Below are positions 24,701-38,100 of a stretch of DNA of 64,000 nt, piece after piece. This DNA comes from Tubulanus polymorphus (Eukaryota; Animalia; Nemertea), in the NCBI RefSeq assembly GCF_964204645.1, contig NC_134031.1:19413910-19477909 (forward strand). The letters are read 5' to 3'. Positions within the stretch are counted from its first letter, which is position 1. Every line of letters begins with the position of its first letter. A program made the translations under genes and the position numbers. The notes below the pieces were generated by a model. It saw only the letters and a program-made list of their open reading frames with translations, made no database searches and was not told the DNA's origin.

Positions 24701-27700
24701 CAACTTCCAAGAACACACACCATTCAAAATATACGCATTAAATACGCCGAACGTAAGTCTGTATCATGAATATATGATCAGATCATCTATAGTTCAACAT
24801 CGCCTTTAAACAAGAGTAAGGAAGGTTCCCCCGTTCTTTTAAGTAACGTTGAGGTTTATATTGGAAGTTGATGGTCCTGACTAATGATCTTAGTTATACG
24901 TGAAAAATTGACGGTTGAACAAAAACGGCTTTTGATATTTACAGATCCCTGATGTTTTTACCCTTGAAATCTATAATTTTTCTAATCGCGTAACGTTTGA
25001 ACAGATGTAACGACTGTAGATGAGCAAGAGATATTGAAGAGACGCGATAGAGATGACTGTAAGGTATCGGAGTTTGGTGCTGAATACAGAGGAAATGTTT
25101 CCCGCACTCATACTGGTGTGGAATGCTTGGCTTGGATTGAAATAACACACTTCAAGGGTATCCAGACGAATTTTCCCGAAAAAGACTTGAATAAAGCACG
25201 GAATTACTGCCGCAATCCAAGTATGGAGGATGGTCCATTTTGCTACGAGACTTTCTTCGAAACACAACCTTGTAAAATCTACCCTTGCAGTTGTAAGTTG
25301 ACCCATCCGCACGAGCACTGTGACTTATTGAGCTCGTAATAGTTCTGAGTGACTAATTCCATATATCTAGTTTTTTGAAAACAAAATCATTATGGCCGCA
25401 ACTCTACCGTTGTAGACCTACCATTGAATATTTGACCCAAGTGTTTGTAATTTCTTTTAAGTTCGTCTAGGTAATGGTATTCACCAGACGTCTGTTAAAG
25501 GTACGAACGAGTGCATATCATGTATTATCCATCATTTATTTGCGATTTAACAAGGAGATAAAAACATTTCAAAAATGTTCCAAAAGTCTGTAACGATAAA
25601 CACAAAGAAGTTTTTTATTGATTACATACAGCTTGTCCTGATGGATGGGAGTTTGTCTCACATTCGGGCCAATGTTATCTTATGTCGACAGAACAATTCA
25701 CTAAAAAGGACGCAGAACGATATTGTCAGGATAAGGACCCACGTAACGGTCACGTGAGTATTACAATCGAACGTACACTATGACGTAGTCAAGATTGTTA
25801 CAAAAAATATTATGATGATGTCAAACATCTAGACGCAGGAAACCTATATGAGGATACCACGTTTCACGGGCTGATCAATAGCCTCGTGGCGTCTACTAAC
25901 TCTTCTCACATTCTTACATTAGATCAGTCTGATTCATGAACATTTTCTTTTTTTTGTGCGCGTTAAGTTACTACATTTGAACAGCCTAGATGAAATTAAT
26001 AAAAGGTCAGGGTGGATACGTGGGAATTATGCGGATTATGTATGGATTCAAGGATCATCAGAAGATGATTTCGTATATCAGGGTTCTTTAGGAGGTAGAT
26101 AGAAAATGATATGATTTTCATAAAACCATTACAAGAATTAATCAATTGCAGTATAATAGACATGATTTATAACGTATTTGCTTCAGAATCAATGGCACAA
26201 TTTGATTCTGTAATGTTTCGAATAGAAGGAAATAGAATAGATTCGTTCACATGGATTGCAAGAAATGCCTCGGAAAAAGTGATGGCTATAACTGTCTGTG
26301 AAACGATAAAAGGCGAGTAAACAAACATATTCTAGCAGATCACATTTGTATTATTCGTTATAAAATTTTGATTATCTTGATAAAGCAAGCTTTGAAACGA
26401 AAATACGGTAAAATCCCACAGAATAAGAAGAAAAACGGGCCCGAAATGTCTCCTTGAAACGTTGAATAAACTATAGCTCGAGGAAACCTTTCGGACTAAT
26501 TTTATTTTCATGTATGGTGGGATTTACGTAAATATCGAAAAACCTTGTTCCTTGAATTTACAGCAAATCGCGTGTTTATCGTGGGAGATGACATGTTAAC
26601 TGAGGACCCAGGAAACGTAACGAACAAGAAAACCGCAGCTAACAACACTTCTGCTGACTCAGTAATGTTTGTTACTGTTATACCATCTGGTTTATCCGGG
26701 CAGATATATTCTTTACTCGGCTACGATTACGTGGCAACTCTCCTCAGTAATAATAGTGTGCGACTAGCTAAATTATCCGAAGTGAAATCCAATCTTAAAC
26801 TCAATAGCAGTTGTTCGTTTAATAAGAACCAAACAGATTTCCAGCAATATGTAATAGAACGGGAGATTCGGTCACAATTTTATTGGCGGTATAATTTATC
26901 AGTTGAACCCGGTGATCTAATTGCGATTATTCCCGAAAAGAACGCAGTTTTAAAAACGAATAACGCCGATGAATCGGGAATGATTGCATACAGAATGGAA
27001 TTTGAGGAGCTAGATAATAATAACATCTTGTGCACAACGAACAAGACGCGAACGTTTCTGAATATACGCTTTCTCATCAGAGAACATAACATTGGTAAGT
27101 TACGATTTTATAATGCAGGGATGTATGGTTCTGTGGGATGTGTTTGAGAATCTGAACCCCTGCTCTTCTATGAGTGCCTTTTTGTCAAGGTAGAGATTGA
27201 AAAAACCGGCTTGGCACACTTCGTCTCGAAATTGCATCTTTCAGGTGCATTTCTTCATTGTCGAACAACGGCGGTAGCATTTTCTTATGAACCGATGCTT
27301 TCAAACTCGTACTAATGTTATTGCGTCCCTGAAAAGCCCACTTCATTTTGAAAAGAGGAATAGGATGAAAGATTTCAAAATTTTGAACGATTTTAATTCG
27401 CAGCGCCTTCTTCCCGTCCCCGAGAAGCGATCACGGATATCGTACGAATTACGATGAACGACTCGACACAAAATGCAAACTGCCGAATAGTACCACAAAG
27501 ATATCCAGCATCGGACAATGAACTGATTTATATGTGTTACAAAACTAATACAGTTTCAAAACTCACCATCAAACTGACGAAGAATGCTAAAATCTGTAGC
27601 ATATCCGCATTTGGATATCCAGGTATGATTATTATCAATGCATTCAAATGCAATTGATAACAGACGTGTTTTTTCGAATATATATTGTGTTGCCGCATTT

Positions 27701-30700
27701 GGAAACTGATTTTCAGTTCTCTGTCGTTTTTAGACGGTGAAATATATAGAAATGTTATTACGCACGAAAGATATCGCGCCAAAAGAATGAAATTCGGGAC
27801 AAAAACAAGAAGTATCGAATGTTTATCACTGATGTTCACCAGGAGTTCCTGGGTACAGTTTGATTTGCTGTCATTACACTATATACAATCAGGTAAATAT
27901 CACAGATAGTTTATACATTCCTGGAGAAAGATTTAATACGCGAGGTTCGAAATCATTATGTATCGGAGCTTGTTTGAAGAAGGTGATGGGGCAAGTAGAT
28001 TGATAAATAATTTGGGAGTTGATACGAAACGAAACATTTGTCAAATTTCAGTATCGGTCGATGAGAAAATGTCTGGTCTCGTTCTGTACGTGTCGACGTC
28101 CACGTTCTGGAGGGAAAATCTCCATTTCTGCGAAGTTCTCGTAGAAAACGATCGCAATCAAACTGAAATCCGTTGCGGAGTTCCGAAAATGGGAAGATTT
28201 GTAACAATTGTTCAAAAGACTGGAAATACCGTTACCAGAGTGTGTAGAATTCAGATTTTTGGAACTGGTGAGTTTTTTCTAGGTTTTTGAGTTCCGTCGT
28301 TTGAAATAAAAAGTGTACATCTCTTGTATTGTTCATGTTTAAAAGCATTCGAGCGAAGAGAAGATTCATTAGGAATTACATCACAACTTATAAGAGACAA
28401 GCAAATTACAGCCACTTCCGGAACTCCTAGTGACGTCAGAATGATTCCAGAATCGACCGCTTGGTGCGCGGGAGAGGAACTACCGAAGTACATGCAAGTA
28501 CGCGTGGAATAGTTCTTAAAGCGTCACTGTATGAACGAAGTAGTCCAATTTTTACGACACTGTTCGTTCTGATGATATTTTTAAGGTTGATTTTCAACGG
28601 ATGGTTTTCGTGACGATGTTCTCAATTAAGGTTTCCGCAAATAAAGAATTCGTGCGTTATGTCGATAGCGTAAAATTATCATGGAAACATCCGGGAACTG
28701 GACAAATGATCAAATACAGTGACGCCGTTAGTCAGGTATATTACGCAATCAGAATTAGACTTGGGTTAATAATAAAACGCAAACGAGATGAACAAATTCA
28801 AATGGAAATACGATTTGCTGTTTCAGAAAATATTTTCGCCGGCAGGCACCGTAGAAAATGATCTCGAGATGTTTTTTAGTATGCGACATCCGTTCAAGAC
28901 TACATCCGTTCAGATCACCGTCAATACGTATGTGGCATCGCCTTGTTTACAGTTAGAGCTGTACGGGTGGTACACGGGTAAAACCGGTGAGTGTATGGTG
29001 GCTCATTAGGGACATCGTGAACTATTTTTTGTAGCCGATTCATGACAAAATGAATTTTCATACCCTCACGACGATTGTAAAACAAATAAAACTATGAACA
29101 ACATCTGTTGGTTTTACGCGTTATTTATTGAATTAACGTAGTTTTTACGCCACATGAAAACTATTGTTAACATTGATTTTACGTGACGTAATAGCCATCG
29201 TATTTTGAGAATGCAAAATCAATTTTTCATGAATCGGCTTAACATCATAATGGACGATTTCGCTAATCAGCCACATAGACAAGTTTTTTAAGAAATGCTG
29301 ATACGAAACATATAAATACCAGTTGCTTTGACCGATTAGAATGTTTTCTGAGGCCGATTTGGAATGTAATTCATGATTTGAAAATCATTGAGGCGATCAT
29401 TCTGAACCATTAAACCTGAATGCTCGCTTTTCAGAAAGCAAAATCGATAAAACTGGAACGTATGATTACAAATTGTGGAAAAAGGGTTTTGAATGGACGA
29501 TCACCGCTCCGGAAGATTCTCATTTCCTCGTTGAATATCCAATTCAGCAAGTGCCCGCTGCCAATTACCAGGTGATGATTAGTAGTTTTCATTAATTGAT
29601 CTAGTAATAATTTGAAACAAAAAAATGAACTCAAATGATTAAAACAATTCATGATTTATAGGCAAAGCCAGAAACTCAGTGGGTTTATTCCAAAGATTGT
29701 ATAGAGAATATCTTTGAAGTTCAACTTTTTGATGCGAACCACACGATGCAAGTTTCCAAAACATACGCCAAATTACCGACTTTAGTGGTGAATAAAAACC
29801 ACGTTCTCATCGTGAAACTGGATGTCTGTTTCGCAAATAGAATCGTTTTCACCGACGAATATTGGCTGAGAATGAACATCTCAAAAATAGGTAAGGAGTA
29901 TCATTTCCAATCGCTGATCATTGGTAAAATCTTTTCTGAAATGGAAATATCCGCGTGACTGCTATGTTATCCAGATTGTCCTGGTGTCGGGTTTCTGGAC
30001 TCGATCAATTCTACAATTCGCCACTTGAACAGCAAAACGTGTAGTCTGTTCGCATCACCGATGTTTCCAGTTCTGCCCGGACGAACTTCATTAACAACCT
30101 GGAAAATTACTACCAAATTCACAAACTACATCGAACTGAAGTTTATCAAATTCGATTCTTCGAATGATGAATGTCGTTTGAACTATTTGGAGCTGATACA
30201 CGCGAGTCAATTCGTCGGTCGTCGTATCTGTAACAACAGTATGCTGCCCGATGCAATCTACAGCGATTGGAATGAATTATCTATTCGTTTGACAATCAGC
30301 GTATCGGCTACGAATGTAATGGGATTTCTAGCACGTTATCGGTCACAGGAAATTAGATTTGATCAACATATTAACAATCATTCGGGTGAGTAGTTTTGGC
30401 TTAATATCCAATAGAGATTTATGTAATATAATTTTTTTTGTTTACTTTTGCAAATAAAGTCTCTGTGTAATTGTTAATGGTTATTCTTTCATGGCTATTT
30501 CAGGCAATGAATGTGATCCAAACTGGCTGCACTACGACGGAAATTGTTTTCTATTCCGAACTGCTAACAGTTCTTTACCTCTGAAGATTAATTCAGCGAA
30601 TAAACTCTGTCGATCTGAAGGTGCGTTTCTGGCCAGTGTGAAGAGCGAGAAAGAAGCCAAATTCATTCATGCAAAGTTAGTGACTTATTGGCTGAAAGAT

Positions 30701-33700
30701 CACAGCGAAGAACGAAAGGTTTATATCGGTGAGAACTATTTTCAGTTGATCGGTTTAGGGTGATATCAGCTAAATTCTCTAAATTCCTGGAATTCTATAT
30801 ATATTTAGGTTTATACGACGAAACGAATACGAGATATTTCGAATGGTTTGACCACACTGCTGTCGGCTTCACGGCATGGTGAGTTAGCAGGAATAAAGTC
30901 GATGAGTGTGGATGCATTTTATACGCATATAACCTTCCATTAGATCCCAAACAAAGTTCGATGTCGATGTTCTCGATACCTTTTAGGAAAATATTCATTA
31001 TCTAAAAATTGTGGCGCCATTTGATTTTGAGTTTATAGTCAATATCTTTTTTACTTGCGGCCGATTTTCTCACATTTAATGCTTCTAATTTTGACCAGGG
31101 CCAACGAACAACCTAACGGAGGTAATTTAGAGAGGTGCGTTTTTCTGGATCAGAAATCGCTTCTTCCTAATACGGCTCTGTCAAATTGGTACGATTTTCC
31201 ATGCGGTGAACCGGCTACAAATCATTTCATTTGTAAAAAGCCAAGTCGTCAGATTACATCGATCAAGCCTGGTAATTCTAACGTGTTGTACGTGGTTGTA
31301 TTTGCTTTCTCGCTATTTTAATTACTTTAACGATTTATCTTTTGAGTGTTTTGAAGTTCGTTGGACGCAGCTTCCCGATTTAGGACCGAATAATCGCTCA
31401 GTTTGTACCGATCACGAATTGTTCACGTGTTTCAATGGCGAATGTATTCACAAAACTGATGTTTGTGACGGTATTGAAAATTGTAGAGACTCATCGGATG
31501 AAATCAATTGCGGTAAATAAAAACTTATAGAAGATTCTATAGTATTTCTGTGACCGATGCAATCATCGATGGAATAAAATACCGAAATGTTACCGGCGTG
31601 TCTCTTTTTATTCGTTTATTATCAGGAGTAACGTGTTCAGATCAACAGTTCCGCTGCATGAACGGACGGTGTATATCGTTATCGTATTTATGCGATTTTC
31701 GAAACGATTGCGGCGATAATTCTGACGAATCGTTTTGTTGTAAGTGTTTAAACAACGCGATCAACTACAGACGGGTAGAACTGTTGTTAGTGTATATCTA
31801 TTTTCTTCAGCTTATCCGTCTTGTGATGCTACGGAATTTCATTGTAAGAATGATCAATGTATTCCTGAAATCAAACGAGATGATCGTATCGAAGATTGTA
31901 TTGATGGATCAGACGAGCGGCCCAGTGCAGGTAATACTTGTTAATACCTATATTATTTCGAATGACCTTCCGAATACACGTTTTTACTTTTCACACAGTT
32001 GAATGTAACGGATTTCAATGTTACGATGGCTCGTGTTACCCAGCAAGTTGGAGATGTGACGTCACCTTCGACTGTTCCGGTAGTTCGCGAGAAGATGAAG
32101 CGGGTTGTCTTTCTAAACGTAAGTAAAAGTATTTCATGATATTGAAAAAAATCTGTTAATAGACGCAATATTTGACGGAAAATTCGATTTTATTTTTCGT
32201 TCATTGAAGTGAAATTGGGAGATGGATTTAAAGAATGCGCCAATGGTTTCGTTTATAACTCATCGCACAGATGTTTATACAACACTGATCAGTATGGATT
32301 TCAAACTCCGTGTCGAGACAATTCACATCTCTTAAACTGCGGTAATCAACATATGAAAATACTCATTGCAAAGTTGAAGACAGTGACGATTATAATAGAT
32401 CTTGCATTATGTTTTCAGGAGATTACATTTGTCCAAGTGGATACTTCAAATGTCCAGGAAGTTACTGCATTGCGGCCCAATTCGTCTGCAATGGGCGACC
32501 AGATTGTCCTAGTAATACTGATGAACACAAATGTGGTACGAACCTAAATCGAGATTATCAAAATGCAACGTAACGTTTTTTATTTTCTAAGGTGGAAATC
32601 TGTATCATTTACAGATGCATATGTATGTCCAGGGATGTATAGATGTTCTTCGACGAAGCAATGCGTGCATATGGATGAAATCTGTGATGGAAAAACGCAA
32701 TGTCAAAATAACGACGACGAACGATTCTGTAACTTCATTATTCCTCATCCTTGTACTGGTTCTGGGTATTCTGTATTTTGTGAATCGACCGATCTTACAC
32801 GACTCCCGTCCAATGGCCAATATACAGCATCTAGATCTATCAGTTTATTCAATAACACTAGAATCATATTGGACAACTCTACATTCCAACCATTCGTTTA
32901 TTTGACTCATTTAGATCTGAGGTTGTGCGGAATCACTCAGTTGTCCGTCGGAATCATCTCGTATCTGGTGAATCTTAACTTTCTCGATTTACGTGAGAAC
33001 CCGCTGGTGACTCTTAAAGCCGGCAGTTTGAGTAATCTCGGTAATCTCCGTACTATCTACTTGAACACTAACGGAGAACTGTCTCTGATAGAATCTGGGG
33101 CCTTTATGAACACATCGGCTTTGACATCACTTGATCTACACGGAGTTAATCTAAACACGCTTTCACTCGGCATGTTTCACGGACTTTCTTCACTGAAGCG
33201 ATTAAATCTTTCTGCGAGTAATATCGTTGACATACAAGACGGCGCTTTTATGGGCCTCGGAGAAGTATCAAATTTAGACTTATCGAAGAATAAGCTACAA
33301 TCATTTACAACAGAAGTTTTTAGTGATCTGAAAAACCTGGCCCATTTACGTAGTGACTATTACAAATTCTGTTGTATGGCTCCAGGAGTTTCAGAAAGAA
33401 ATTGTTTCCCCCCGAAAAACCAGTTTTCATCCTGCACTGACTTGATGCGTAGTAATGTTTTACGCATTAGTTTGTGGATCGTAGGAACTGTTGCTTTATT
33501 CGGTAATTTATTGGCACTGATCATTCGCTATCGTTTCGACACACCATCAGCTAACGGTCGTTTGACTGTAAGTCTAGCGGTTTCAGACTTTTTCATGGGT
33601 GTTTACATGTACATAATCGCCAGTGCTGACTCGTATTATCGGGGTACGTACATTCTTCACGACGAGAACTGGAGGAACGGATCGTTGTGTAAACTAGCTG

Positions 33701-35118
33701 GATTTCTTGCTAGTCTATCTACTGAGGTGTCCATGTTCATGTTACTGGTTATGTCTCTGGACAGGTTCGTCGCAGTTGTTTTCCCCTTTTCACGAATGAA
33801 GCTGACGCCTTCGCGAGCTTCGTACTGTATCGTAATATTCTGGTTAGTAGGTATTGTCCTGGCCGGCGTACCTCTTTTACCTATTGATTATTTTGGAGGA
33901 GAGTTTTACTCACGTTCCGGAGTTTGTTTGTCTTTACATCTGACATCAGAGCAACGACCTGGTTGGGAGTACTCGGTAGCCGTATTCATCGGATTGAACT
34001 TTGTAGGTTTTATGATTATAGCTGGTTGTTACGTGTGGATGTATAGGGTGATTTCTTTATCTAGTCAAACAAGGCATCAAACGAAATCTCAAAATAAGGA
34101 AATAGCCGTTGCAAGAAAGATGATGTTGATAGTATTTACAGATTTCTGTGCTTGGATGCCAATAATCATTCTCGGTACGTTAATTTTTCTTTACCTTTGT
34201 AACGAATGAATTTTTGCATTTCCTTATCCATGCAATTCACACTATCATCCGGTGTAGGTATCCTCGCGGTTAGCGGACAAGTCGTCATAGCGAGTGACGT
34301 TTACGCCTGGATGGCCGTGTTTGTTCTACCCATTAACAGTGCCATCAATCCTGTACTTTATACGATAGCTGGTTTCAAATCCATGAGGTATTAAACAATT
34401 TCCCAAATGCTTTGCATGACATTTGTTTGCCCTGTTAAACAACCATATGCCATATTGATGGTTTATGTATAAATGATTACAACAAATTCAACTTCCAGAG
34501 AAAGACATGCCGTTTACAGAAAACATGGAGTCGACTCAATGGGTAAATTATTCAATGATCAATTAGTCCTAGATATATCCTTATTTTCACTAGTTGCTCT
34601 GCCGACTTGCGCTAAACCCTTTGTCTTGTTTATTTTCATTGTGATTGGCAGAAGAAATAACCGAACTCGTATCGAATATCCTACCAATGATACCCAAAAT
34701 ACGACAGGGCAATTACAAACTGCAACCGTTATCGGAAGTGTTGCATTCCAATGCAAACCCTCGTGCAACTCTAGCCGTAGTTAAACGACTGGCCGAAGTG
34801 TTACGAGAGGTTCACTCCAGAGACTTGTCTATCAAAGTACTGGATTTGGAGATAGTTTTCGTTGGATATCCGAAGGTAAAATAAAGGTTGGATTGTAACC
34901 TATCAGTATATCCCTTATATATTGTCCAGATTGTGATGGTCTGATTATGTTTTCTGCAGAACTTGTACAGCAATGAAGCGGACGTTCTAGTCGCCACCCG
35001 TAAATTCTACGGTGATGCCGATATGGCAGTCGATATTTTTCAATTCGGAAAAATTGTCAAGCACCTTCTGCGATGCATCAACTATTCGGAAACAACCGCG
35101 TCCATTCGTGGTTCATAA
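21702..35118 (+). CDS. GRL101-like (LGR type C2) multidomain GPCR, copy A: signal peptide - kringle - partial MAM - CTL - unknown - kringle - CTL - unknown - F-type-lectin-like - F5/8C - CUB-like - CUB - CTL - 7x LDLa - LRR - 7TM - kinase-like tail
   Basis: Signal exon 21702-21771; kringles 22596-22892 (CQNW, HNYCR, PWCY) and 25005-25292 (NYCRNP, GPFCY); MAM 23229-23467 onward (IAIDDI); F5/8[18 protein letters not shown] ... CLQLELYG; [28 protein letters not shown]; LDLa DxSDE repeats; LRR/TM1-6 exon to ~34174 ([26 protein letters not shown]); TM7 NSAINPVLY; last exon 34960-35118 (TAA). Confidence 0.9.
21889..22060. mobile_element. Short G-tract MITE in intron 1 of copy A
   Basis: atggcggctgat ... 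atccgccgccat (11/12 inverted match) with internal poly-G. Confidence 0.45.
29033..29239. mobile_element. MITE-like repeat, second copy at ~46043-46211
   Basis: Inverted agccgattcatga / tcatgaatcggct; both copies are preceded by ggtggct...agggacatcgt, in the same orientation at non-homologous introns. Confidence 0.55.
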
Positions 35119-38100
35119 ATCGATGATTCGGCTTTCTGCGAAGATAACTAGATACATTGGTTTTCTTTGAACACGCATTCACTATCTTATTTAAGGGTTT
35201 AATTAAAATTGAATATTTCTTTTTTTTTCATCGCTTAATTTTCCATTTACTGCACGTCAATAAATGATGCACAATTTACTTCAAGTCCGGTCTTCATTTT
35301 ACTTTTTCTCTTTTTCCAAGCATTTTTAGTAGCATAACCTCATCATTTTAATCATGTCAAAGTGGCACAATAAATACAAGTGATAAGGCGAATACTTCCT
35401 TGATCAAATAAGTCAACGCAGGAAAAGGATAGATAGCCTATTGTCATGGGTGTTACGTCTCATCTTTCGTGGTCGGGGCACATCGGCATCATTCGTCTTT
35501 GGGTCAAGTCCGACATGTGATTTCCCATTTGAATACTGTAGATCCAGGCCCGGCCCCGAAGCGTGGTAAGGAGGTTGAGAGGTTACGACGAACTGCCCAG
35601 AATTTAAAAAAAAACAAGTCAATTTTGAGAAATCAATTTCCTGAATTTGAATAAAATTCCAGGCGTGTCCGATGTATTACGGGTATGGTATAGACAGGTA
35701 AGCAGGACTGGTATCTACTGACATCCGCAAAAGGTCCTTAGGGTCTGAGATCTGTGTATATCTGTGTACGCTTCCTTCAATTCCACTTTATTTGCAAAAA
35801 CCATCTAAACAACTTTCTGGCAGGACAAATTTATCATTTTCATTGTGAACATTTTTTGTTTGTTTACTAGTACACATGATGAGATATTTTTGCTTATTCA
35901 TTCCTCTATCGCCAACCTCTTCGAAAGTCATTGAGCGAATCAAAGAAGAGTTCAGTGATAGACAAAAAATGACTTTATTCGATACATTTAAAAAAAACTA
36001 CAATTCTACAACGTCTAGAAATTGGAAACAAAAATGCAAGATTGAATCGAAATCAGTGACAACTAACATTCGTGCTACGTGTCCAGATTCGGCTGTTTCA
36101 AAGGCGAGTGAATGGTTTTTAAGCGGCCTTTTTCGAGTTGTTGATCTTTCGCAGAAGATACTTCACGACTTTTCCAAACTGCGAAATGTCTACAGCTATA
36201 TCAGTCTGACCAAAAAATCTGTCGGTTGTAAGAAAAACTTCTACTACCTCACATGCATTGCGCGAGTTCTGAAAACAAAATTCGTTCGTTTATGCAACAA
36301 GTTTTTACGATTATTTCAATGAATGACGAACTATGCAGAAAAAGTCGCACCTTCTTATATCCAAGAATTACAGTCTCAACCTCCAGTACTCTGATCGACA
36401 AGTCTTTGGAATGAACTTCTTGTAACACTTCGGCCAGTCGTTTAACTACAGCAAGCGCTGTACGCGGGTTTGCGTTGGAATGAAATACCATCGACAATGG
36501 CTCCAGGTCATCGATGTCTTGTTTCTGTTCGGGTAAAATAGGTATAACGTTCGGCACTAGCACGTCGGTGACGTTTTCGCTTGAGACTAAAAGATAAATT
36601 GTATCAAATGCATTGAATAATTGTTCTGAACTGTATCACTGCGAATTGCGTGTATAATATAAAAGTGTAATGGAAAATGTCATGATGATACGGGTGGTGA
36701 TCTTACGTGTTGAACTCTGAGTTCTATTCAGCATACTTCTTTCTCTGAAAGAGCAATTTATTTGTACGGACGTGATTAAAATGAAGATACAGAATATTAG
36801 ATGACTGTGCACGATACGCTCTGGAGCCAGTTGCTCAAAAGTTGGTTAAGGATAAAGGTCAGATAAACCGTTGTAACAATGGACTTTTAATGCTTTGGTC
36901 AAAACCAACTTAGGAGCAACTGGTCCCTGGTAGATAGCACTTTGAATTCACCTGATGGACCTGAATCCGAATATCGTGTAAAGTACAGGATTTATGGCAC
37001 TGTTAATTGGTAGAACGAACGAAGCTATCCACGCGTACACGTCACTGGGTATGACAATTTGGCCACTTACAGCAAGTATACCTGGATAAGTTAATAGTAG
37101 AGACTATGACATTGGTGAAATATATTTCTAGTCATAATCATACAATTGAATGACAGTGAGAGTTCTTAGGTCTGTAAAGCAATTTCGTACCGAGGATGAT
37201 TATTGGCATCCAAGCACAAAAATCAGTAAGTACTATCAACATCATCTTTCTTGCAACGGCTATTTCCTTATTTTGTGATTTCGTTTGATGCCTTGTTTGA
37301 CTAGATAAAGAAATCACCCTATACATCCACACGTAACAACCAGCTATAATCATAAAACCTACAAAGTTCAATCCGATGAATACTGCTACCGAGTAGTCCC
37401 AACCAGGTCGTTGCTCTGATGTCAGATGTAGAGACAAACAAACTCCGGAACGTGAGTAAAACTCTCCTCCAAAATAATCAATAGGTAAAAGAGGTACGCC
37501 GGCCAGGACAATACCTACAAACCAGAATAACACGATGCAGTACGAAGCTCGCGAAGGCGTCAGCTTCATTCGTGAAAAAGGGAAAACAACTGCGACGAAC
37601 CTGTCCAGAGACATAACCAGTAACATGAACATGGACACCTCAGTAGATAGACTAGCAAGAAATCCAGCTAGTTTACACAACGATCCGTTCCTCCAGTTCT
37701 CGTCGTGAAGAATGTACGTACCCCGATAATACGAGTCGGCACTGGCGATTATGTACATGTAAACACCCATGAAAAAGTCTGAAACCGCTAGACTTACAGT
37801 CAAACGACCGTTAGCTGATGGTGTGTCGAAACGATAGCGAATGATCAGTGCCAATAAATTACCGAATAGAACCACAGTTCCTACGATCCACAAACTAATG
37901 CGTAGAAAAAGACTACGCATCAAGTCAGTGCAGGAGGAAAACTGGTTTTTCGGAGGGAAACAATTTCTTTCTGAAACTCCTGGAGCCATACAACAGAATT
38001 TGTAATAGTCACTACGTAAATGGGCCAGGTTTTTCAGATCACTAAAAACTTCTGTTGTAAATGATTGTAGCTTATTCTTCGATAAGTCTAAATTTGATAC

